Positions 8,292 through 13,951 of a stretch of 24,000 nucleotides of DNA are shown here, piece after piece (the first letter of the stretch is position 1; every line of letters starts with the position of its first letter). The DNA comes from Flavobacteriaceae bacterium. GTDB taxonomy: Bacteria > Bacteroidota > Bacteroidia > Flavobacteriales > Flavobacteriaceae. The position numbers and the translations under genes were made by a program. Below the pieces are notes generated by a model, which did not search any database, was not told where the DNA came from, and worked only from the letters and a program-made list of their open reading frames with translations. The stretch lies in NCBI GenBank assembly GCA_028284745.1, contig JANQRC010000015.1:16113-40112 (forward strand), in the 5' to 3' direction.

Positions 8292-8313
8292 AAAAATAGG
8301 AAATCCTATTTTT
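8292..8313. promoter_or_regulatory. 22-nt AT-rich palindrome AAAAATAGG-AAAT-CCTATTTTT overlapping the bioB -7 box (plus-strand CAAAAATA at 8291-8298)
   Basis: The inverted repeat is a perfect 9+9 bp and lies 20-40 nt upstream of the bioB ATG. It could be an operator, or a hairpin between the KAS gene and bioB. Confidence 0.4.
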
Positions 8314-8357
8314 AGGATCCCGATAGAAGTATTCTTTTGTGAACGATTTTGTAAACA

Positions 8358-9548
8358 CTATGGTAGCCTAAGCAGCACACTCACCGCATTTCCGCCAAAG
8401 CCTACTGCATTCACCAAGATGCGCTGTATCTTTTTTGGAAGATCTTTATGTTGAATGTAAGGAACTTCGATGAATTCTTGATGCTGTAGCATTAGTATTG
8501 CCATTTCTACGCTCAACATCCCTGAAGCACCGAAGGTATGCCCTACTTTCCATTTGTTAGTGGTCAAAGCCGGCATTACGCCATCAAAGATTCTTTTGAT
8601 GGCATTGTATTCACTCTGATCACCTTTGATAGTGCCTGGAGCATGCATCACGATCACATCTACTTTTTCAGGTGAGATACCGCCTAATGCCATCTTCATT
8701 GAACGTTGGAAGCATTCTGCATCTGTAGAGATCGACGCAGGATGCTGAAGCGGTTCGGTAGCATAGCCAATGCCTTCAACGATCGCTAGTGCGTTTTCGT
8801 TCTCACCTCTACCTAAACATGCTACCGAAGCTCCTTCGCCCAATATCATGGTGTTACCCTGTTTTTCTAGATTCAGTGCTTGGCAAGGATACAAAACATC
8901 CTTCGACTGCGCTCGGGATGACAAAGAAGCATAGATCTTCATCGCGCGCATCTGCGCGATGGTGAAAGGCGTCAACGGCGCCTCGCTGCCACCAACTAAG
9001 AACATGTCTGCCATTCCCGATTGCAACCATGCAATGGCATTCAGCAGCGCATGCAAGGCCGTAGAGCATGTGATCGAGTGTGAAATGGTCGGTCCTTGCG
9101 TTTGCAGATCGTGCGCTACCCACGAGGAGATATTGCCCAACGTGGTTGTAGGAGATGTCAAGGTCTGCACTTTTCTCCGTTGCAAAAATTCCGTGTGATG
9201 GCTCTCGAACAAGGTCGTAGCACCACGAGAGGACCCGATGTTTACACCTAAAACACCTTTTTGCTGCCAATTTGTATTCTTTAAGGCAGCTCGACTAGCA
9301 TGAATGGCCAATAATACCGTGTCGTCTAAAGCTTGATACTTCCGGTCACGCTGTCGGAGTGCTTCAACCTCTTGTCTGGCCTCTTGAGAAAGTGGCGCTA
9401 CGAATGTAGGGCTCCCGTCCAGTTCCTTTTCAATGAAACAATGACTTGGACTCAAATAGTGTTGCCAGATCTCTTCGGAAGAAATCCCTATGGCTGAAAT
9501 AGAACCGATGGATGTAATGGAAATTGGTTGCCTCAAAAGAAGTGTCAT
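8358..9548 (-). CDS. Beta-ketoacyl-ACP synthase I/II-like (FabF/FabB-like) protein encoded in the biotin cluster
   Basis: It has a thiolase-fold KAS with an apparent Cys-His-His triad: ITCSTALHAL, VIVMHAPGT and KVGHTFGASG. The C-terminal GFGGNAVSVLL is also KAS-like. The start is set at ATG 9548; the ORF-track start at 9557 is a TTG. Confidence 0.75.
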   Translation of the reverse strand: MTLLLRQPISITSIGSISAIGISSEEIWQHYLSPSHCFIEKELDGSPTFVAPLSQEARQEVEALRQRDRKYQALDDTVLLAIHASRAALKNTNWQQKGVLGVNIGSSRGATTLFESHHTEFLQRRKVQTLTSPTTTLGNISSWVAHDLQTQGPTISHSITCSTALHALLNAIAWLQSGMADMFLVGGSEAPLTPFTIAQMRAMKIYASLSSRAQSKDVLYPCQALNLEKQGNTMILGEGASVACLGRGENENALAIVEGIGYATEPLQHPASISTDAECFQRSMKMALGGISPEKVDVIVMHAPGTIKGDQSEYNAIKRIFDGVMPALTTNKWKVGHTFGASGMLSVEMAILMLQHQEFIEVPYIQHKDLPKKIQRILVNAVGFGGNAVSVLLRLP

Positions 9549-9579
9549 TTCATGCAAAAATAATTCTTATTTTCATGCC

Positions 9580-10032
9580 ATGATCGAACAAGACCCAGAT
9601 TACAAGGAAGCATTTGACAACGAACTGATCGAGCGCCCTAGTTGGTGGAAACGCAACTGGAAGTGGGTAGTGCCTGTTGGTGGTTGCTTAACGTTGACCA
9701 TCTTGTTCTTTATGATGGTTGGCGGGCTTATTTTTGGGATCACTTCTGCCATGGAAGAATCGCAACCTTACGAATATGCCCTTGAGAAGATCAACCAAGA
9801 CAAGAAGATGATCGAATTGTTAGGTTCGCCGATAGAGAAGGATGGTATGGTACAAGGGAACTTCAACTGGACCAATGGAAAGAAAGGGGCTGATATGCGC
9901 ATTCCAATTGCCGGTCCAAAAGGTGCCGCCATATTATATGTGAAAGCCCGAGGTGAAGGAGATGAATGGGTCTATGATGAGATCCGTGTAGAGATGAATG
10001 AGGGTCAAAGCTCGGATCTCTTGATTGAATAA
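9580..10032 (+). CDS. Small single-pass membrane protein, Coa1-like (cytochrome oxidase assembly factor 1 family)
   Basis: The sequence MIEQDPDYKEAF...RPSWWKRNWKWVVPVGGCLTLTILFFMMVGGLIF has one TM helix followed by a soluble domain. I recall this architecture being annotated as Coa1 family in flavobacteria. The start is moved to the ATG at 9580, because the upstream part of the track ORF is antisense to the KAS gene. Confidence 0.5.
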   Translation: MIEQDPDYKEAFDNELIERPSWWKRNWKWVVPVGGCLTLTILFFMMVGGLIFGITSAMEESQPYEYALEKINQDKKMIELLGSPIEKDGMVQGNFNWTNGKKGADMRIPIAGPKGAAILYVKARGEGDEWVYDEIRVEMNEGQSSDLLIE

Positions 10033-10035
10033 AAG

Positions 10036-10070
10036 CGCCTACCTCTATCCTATCCTCGAGGAGAGGGGAC
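10036..10070. repeat. G-rich/C-rich hairpin repeat (copy 1), a probable bidirectional terminator between the Coa1-like gene and bioA
   Basis: The minus strand reads CCCCTCTCCTCGAGGATAGGATAGAGG. It has the core palindrome TCCTCGAGGA (10053-10062) with an extended stem at 10049-10066. It shares the CCCTCTCCT...GG.T.AGG pattern with the copy at 12037-12078. Confidence 0.5.
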
Positions 10071-10071
10071 T

Positions 10072-11337
10072 TTAAAGTATTTCTAGCGACGCTTCGATCA
10101 CCTCATACACCTGCTGAAGCTGTTGCCCAGTGATCACATAGGGTGGCAAAATATAGATCGTATTCCCCAGCGGACGCAAGAACACGCCGTTTTCCATGTA
10201 AAAGTTGAACAGCTTATCGCGTAAATTGCCGTAGCGTTGCATCTCTACATTCAAATCTATCGCGTAGATCACACCCAACTGCCGTGTCGATGCGACCTTT
10301 GGATGTTGCCTGATATGCTTGTCAAACCGTTGGTGAGAAGCAGTGACTCTATGAATGTTGTGCTTCATCTCTTCAGACTGCAACAGCTCGATCCCTGCCA
10401 AAGCTGCCGCACAAGCTAGTGGGTTTGCTGAATAGGTATGCCCATGGAAGAATCCCTTTGACAATTCATCTGAATAGAATGCATCGAATATCTTTAGCGA
10501 GCAACTAGTGATCGCCATCGGCAGCAATCCTGCTGTCAACGCCTTAGATAAGCACATGATGTCGGGTTTGTGCTCAAGGTGGTCTGAGGCGAAATATTCC
10601 CCAGTCTTACCGAAGCCCGTCATCACTTCGTCGGCCACAGTGACCACATCGTGTTCGTGGCAAAATGCGATCAATTCGTCAAGACCCTCTGCATCGTGCA
10701 TCTTCATCGCCGCTGCGCCTTGAACCAGTGGCTCGTAAACGAAACCTGCCACATTGCCTTTAGCAATCAAATTGTTGAGCTGAGAAAGTACTCCTTCATT
10801 GTTATTGCCATCCGGCGCCGGGATCCGTTCTACCTGAATGAGGAGATCTTCGAACGGACCATTGTATATCGAAAGCCCAGATACCGACATCGCCCCGAAG
10901 GTATCTCCATGGAAACCTTCCTCAAAAGCAATTAACACGTTTCGTTTTTCACCCTTATTGAAATGATACTGCAAGGCCATCTTCACACCTACTTCTACTG
11001 CTGTGGAGCCATTGTCTGAAAAGAATAATTTCTGCTGATTATCAGGTAGGATCTCCATCAATGCTTCTGACATCCTGATGGCAGGTTCGTGTGTAAAGCC
11101 ACTGAAGACCACTTGGTCCAGTTGTTGCATCTGACTGGCGACTCGATCGGTGATGTATGGATTACAGTGCCCATACATGGCTACATACCACGAAGCGATC
11201 CCGTCGATATATTCATTGCCTTGATCATCGAAAAGCAAAGCGCCTATTGCCTTTGCTACGGGCAACATGTCACCATGTGTCTTATGCTGTGTCAGTGGGT
11301 GCCAGAGGTGTTTTTTATCGCGCTCTCGTAGGTTCAT
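10072..11337 (-). CDS. bioA: Adenosylmethionine-8-amino-7-oxononanoate aminotransferase
   Basis: It is a class III PLP aminotransferase with the BioA N-terminus (RDKKHLWHPLTQH), ADEVMTGFGKTG and CLSKALTAG (the PLP lysine). The start is ambiguous among in-frame ATGs at 11376, 11352, 11343 and 11337. I favour 11337 (MNLRERDKKHLWHP). Confidence 0.9.
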   Translation of the reverse strand: MNLRERDKKHLWHPLTQHKTHGDMLPVAKAIGALLFDDQGNEYIDGIASWYVAMYGHCNPYITDRVASQMQQLDQVVFSGFTHEPAIRMSEALMEILPDNQQKLFFSDNGSTAVEVGVKMALQYHFNKGEKRNVLIAFEEGFHGDTFGAMSVSGLSIYNGPFEDLLIQVERIPAPDGNNNEGVLSQLNNLIAKGNVAGFVYEPLVQGAAAMKMHDAEGLDELIAFCHEHDVVTVADEVMTGFGKTGEYFASDHLEHKPDIMCLSKALTAGLLPMAITSCSLKIFDAFYSDELSKGFFHGHTYSANPLACAAALAGIELLQSEEMKHNIHRVTASHQRFDKHIRQHPKVASTRQLGVIYAIDLNVEMQRYGNLRDKLFNFYMENGVFLRPLGNTIYILPPYVITGQQLQQVYEVIEASLEIL

Positions 11338-11390
11338 GATCATTTTTCTCATGCTGAGTTTATCTCGGCATCTCATTAATAATTTTTAAT

Positions 11391-11441
11391 GTTTCAAACC
11401 CTGGGCCCTCATTCCCTGACGCTATAGAAAAAGTTTGAAAC
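11391..11441. repeat. 9-bp inverted repeat GTTTCAAAC / GTTTGAAAC spanning the bioD stop codon and the bioD-bioA spacer
   Basis: The arms are at 11391-11399 and 11433-11441, with a 33-nt loop. The loop contains GTCAGGGAATGAGGG (minus strand), which is related to the GTCAGGGTGAGGG of the 12037-12078 repeat. Confidence 0.35.
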
Positions 11442-12033
11442 GTCCTGCATACTCCTTGATCACATTTTGATCGAAGTAAGGTTCTTCACCGATTCTTCCT
11501 AAAATTGGTATGCCCGCCATTTTCTCAATTATGCTTTCTGTGGAAGGATGTTCATCTCCGCTGAAAATGATGCCTTTGACATTCAGCTTCCGTTGTTTCA
11601 GCGCTTCGACAGTGAGCAATGTATGATTGATGCTTCCTAGATAATGACGCGAGACCACCACTACTTCATAGTCTGGCTTGATCGTCTCCAATACTGTTTC
11701 TGTATCATTAAGTGGAACGAGCAATCCGCCTGCACCTTCGATGACCAGGTGATTTCGGGTCTTAGGTTCTTTGATCCCCTGCAATTGGATCGCGATTCCG
11801 TCGATCTCAGCAGCCCCATGCGGACTCATCGGCGTATGGAGCGCATAGCTATTGGGATGGATGACTGATTTCGAATTGGAAATCAATCTGCTAACCGTAT
11901 GCGAATCTGAATTATCAAGGGCGCCCGCTTGCACGGGCTTCCAGTAGTCGGCCTGCAAGGCTTCCACTAGAATTGCTGCAGCAACCGTCTTTCCTACGTC
12001 GGTCGAAATGCCTGTGACAAAGAGTTTTTTCAT
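11422..12033 (-). CDS. bioD: Dethiobiotin synthase
   Basis: MKKLFVTGISTDVGKTV carries the P-loop, and the protein has a BioD-length body. The start is set at ATG 12033. The track's 14-codon extension (MVPSPWGEGQGEGT) is a translated intergenic repeat. Confidence 0.9.
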   Translation of the reverse strand: MKKLFVTGISTDVGKTVAAAILVEALQADYWKPVQAGALDNSDSHTVSRLISNSKSVIHPNSYALHTPMSPHGAAEIDGIAIQLQGIKEPKTRNHLVIEGAGGLLVPLNDTETVLETIKPDYEVVVVSRHYLGSINHTLLTVEALKQRKLNVKGIIFSGDEHPSTESIIEKMAGIPILGRIGEEPYFDQNVIKEYAGRFKLFL

Positions 12034-12036
12034 AGT

Positions 12037-12078
12037 ACCCTCACCCTGACCCTCACCCCAAGGAGAGGGAACCAAGTG
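12037..12078. repeat. G-rich/C-rich hairpin repeat (copy 2) in the bioF-bioD spacer
   Basis: On the plus strand, CCCTCACCCTGA is followed by a second CCCTCACCC, giving a 12-nt-period direct repeat, and then GGAGAGGG. A hairpin at 12050-12069 has 7 bp with one mismatch and a 4-nt loop. Confidence 0.5.
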
Positions 12079-12086
12079 CTTTTTTG

Positions 12087-13232
12087 TTATTGGTTTACAA
12101 AAGTAGCAAGCAAATGCAAGACCTCCTCGATTTCTTCTTCCGAATTATAACTGTGCAAGCAAAAACGGAGTCGCTCTTGTCCAGCGGGAACAGTAGGTGA
12201 TAGAATAGGCCTAACATCAAACCCCTTTTGTTGTAATTGTTGGGAAACTTCTTTGACCCTATCATTCCCTGAAATAATGGCACATTGAATGGCCGAGCAA
12301 CTTGCTATGAATTGCTTGTGCAAGTCAAGTTCCTTTACCTTTTGAAGAAAGTGCTCAATGTTTTCTCGAAGCTGCTTGGATGTTTCAGAAGCTGTATAGA
12401 TGCTATGTGCCGTTATGATCGTGGCCACCGAATGTGGAGGCAAGCCCGTGGTGTAGATAAAGCTTCGAGCAAAGTTGACCAGATAGCTTTTCAGCGTATT
12501 TGACCCCAAAATGGCCGCTCCATGACAACCGAATGCTTTCCCGAATGTGATGATTCGTGCAAAGATGTTAGATGTCAGCTGCAACCGAGGAATCATGCCA
12601 TTTCCAAAGACACCAACTGCATGTGCCTCATCAACTACAAGATGGAATCTATTTTCATCGCAATATTTCGATAATACGTCGAGGTCAGGAGAATCGCCAT
12701 CCATTGAGAAGACAGATTCAGTGACCAAATACACTTCCGCGCCTCGACTGCGCTCGGCATGACAAGCTTTTACCTTACTTTTTAGGTCATCTAGATCATT
12801 GTGCCTAAACTTATAGCCTTTGGCCAGACTCATCGTGATGCCATCACGAACGGAAGCGTGGATATACTCATCATAAAGGATCACATCGCCACGTTGTGGG
12901 ACCGATGAGAAGAAACCAACGTTCGCATCATAACCACTATTGAAGATCAACGCTGCCTCTGAATCGTAGTCTTCACAAAGTTTAGCCTCTACCTCATCAT
13001 ACAATAAATGATTTCCTGACAGCAAACGTGAGCCGGTAGCTCCATTCATTTCAACTGCGTTATCGACAAGCAACCGATATGTTCTTTCATAGAGTTGCTC
13101 GTCTTTGGCAAATCCCAGATAGTCATTAGAGGAAAAATCCACTAGATCCTTGGGCACTGGCAGTCTCCGTAACGCATTGTTCTTGTTTCGTTCTTCAATC
13201 CTTTTCCGAAGCTTTTCAGGGAATTGCTGCAT
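12087..13232 (-). CDS. bioF: 8-amino-7-oxononanoate synthase
   Basis: It is a class II PLP aminotransferase with SNDYLG, VTESVFSMDGD, VDEAHAVG, TFGKAFG (the PLP lysine) and PTVPAGQERLRFCLH. Confidence 0.9.
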   Translation of the reverse strand: MQQFPEKLRKRIEERNKNNALRRLPVPKDLVDFSSNDYLGFAKDEQLYERTYRLLVDNAVEMNGATGSRLLSGNHLLYDEVEAKLCEDYDSEAALIFNSGYDANVGFFSSVPQRGDVILYDEYIHASVRDGITMSLAKGYKFRHNDLDDLKSKVKACHAERSRGAEVYLVTESVFSMDGDSPDLDVLSKYCDENRFHLVVDEAHAVGVFGNGMIPRLQLTSNIFARIITFGKAFGCHGAAILGSNTLKSYLVNFARSFIYTTGLPPHSVATIITAHSIYTASETSKQLRENIEHFLQKVKELDLHKQFIASCSAIQCAIISGNDRVKEVSQQLQQKGFDVRPILSPTVPAGQERLRFCLHSYNSEEEIEEVLHLLATFVNQ

Positions 13233-13241
13233 CTACCGAAA

Positions 13242-13266
13242 TTAACAAAACCTTTCTTCTTGTTAA
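13242..13266. promoter_or_regulatory. Inverted repeat TTAACAA-N11-TTGTTAA immediately upstream of bioF, a candidate operator
   Basis: The perfect 7-bp arms are at 13242-13248 and 13260-13266, 10-34 nt upstream of the bioF ATG. They lie downstream of a near-consensus -7 box (plus-strand CAAATTAA at 13277-13284). Confidence 0.35.
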
Positions 13267-13436
13267 AGAGCGGCGGCAAATTAAATTTCTGTGATTCTGC
13301 AGCATCTTTGCAACATATGCTTGCCTTGGTCGATCATCGTAATAACTTCTACGCTTCTTTGAGCGCCTAAAAACTTATGCCATTCCATGCGCTAGCAATT
13401 ATATCCATTTCGATTTCAAATGCTTTTTGGAATGGC

Positions 13437-13444
13437 TATATTTG
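13437..13444 (+). promoter_or_regulatory. -7 box TATATTTG for the TerB-like gene
   Basis: This is an exact TAnnTTTG match, 23 nt upstream of the ATG at 13467. It is directly abutted by the right arm of a 9-bp inverted repeat (13379-13387 / 13428-13436). Confidence 0.45.
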
Positions 13445-13466
13445 TGCCACCAAAAAATGAACATAA

Positions 13467-13901
13467 ATGTCATCGATCAAAGAATTATACGATAGCGGTT
13501 TTCAAAAAAGGAACAAAGATCATTTTGCCGCTATTGTCAGAGTAGCCATGAGTGATGGGGTCATCAAAGAAGGAGAGCGATCCTTCCTAAGACGTTTGGC
13601 TCATCGCCTTCACATCTCGGACCATGAATACAACACCATCTTAGACAATTATTCGTCTTACCCGATCAATCCGCCAGTTACATACGAGCGCCGTCTAGAG
13701 CGTCTGTACGACCTCACAAGGATGGTGTTTGCAGATGATGAGATCGGCGAAAGGCAGCAACCGTTGCTTGAGCGTCTAAGTGTCGGGTTGGGCTTCACGC
13801 CAAACAATGTGAAATACGTGGTTGCCAAAGCACTAGAATTGGTAAGCTTTGGTGTCGACTTTGAAGAGTTCGACGAAGAGATCAGAAATATGAATAGGTA
13901 G
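13467..13901 (+). CDS. TerB-like (tellurite resistance TerB / DjlA N-terminal domain family) protein
   Basis: The 144-aa helical protein has two repeats of the pattern VAMSDG.I...E..FL..LA..L.IS and MVFADDEI...Q..LL..L...LGF, which is typical of the TerB fold. Confidence 0.5.
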   Translation: MSSIKELYDSGFQKRNKDHFAAIVRVAMSDGVIKEGERSFLRRLAHRLHISDHEYNTILDNYSSYPINPPVTYERRLERLYDLTRMVFADDEIGERQQPLLERLSVGLGFTPNNVKYVVAKALELVSFGVDFEEFDEEIRNMNR

Positions 13902-13918
13902 CAAAACCTTGACAGTCA

Positions 13919-13951
13919 AAAAAGGCCAAGTCTAGAACTTGGCCTTTTTTT
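13919..13951. terminator. Bidirectional rho-independent terminator between the TerB-like gene and the kinase gene
   Basis: The hairpin is GGCCAAGT-CTAGA-ACTTGGCC (13924-13944). It is flanked by an A-run on the left and a T7 run on the right. Confidence 0.8.

Noticed and set aside
8349-8356. TTGTAAAC, identical to an E. coli BirA operator half-site, just downstream of the KAS stop and upstream of bioB
   Set aside because: There is no inverted partner (GTTTACAA) at the spacing expected for a roughly 40-bp BirA operator. The nearest similar sequence (GTTTATCAA at about 8285) is about 55 nt away and imperfect. The match is more simply part of a tandem direct repeat.
9490-9579. 30-codon upstream extension of the Coa1-like ORF
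   Set aside because: The extension is antisense to the 5' end of the KAS gene and encodes no hydrophobic or conserved segment. The ATG at 9580 gives the expected short cytoplasmic tail before the TM helix.
12034-12075. N-terminal extension of bioD (MVPSPWGEGQGEGT) in the ORF track
   Set aside because: This is the translation of the G-rich intergenic hairpin repeat. The canonical BioD N-terminus (MKKLFVTG.STDVGKT) begins at the ATG at 12033.
12744-12764. An 18-of-21 nt match between TCGACTGCGCTCGGCATGACA inside bioF (encoding HAERSRG) and TCGACTGCACTCGAAATGACA in the recX/cupin spacer (6191-6211). It resembles REP-like elements I associate with Bacteroidota, and it suggested an in-frame repeat insertion in bioF.
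   Set aside because: My rough estimate is that a few 18/21 matches are expected by chance in an all-against-all comparison of 24 kb on both strands. The bioF loop is also only about 5 residues longer than the E. coli BioF equivalent as I remember it, which is too small for an inserted element. A genome-wide count of this motif would settle the question.
13457-13495. 12-codon mini-ORF (MNINVIDQRIIR) overlapping the start of the TerB-like gene in another frame
   Set aside because: It is very short, I have no supporting signal for it, and it competes with the well-placed ATG at 13467. It is most likely fortuitous.
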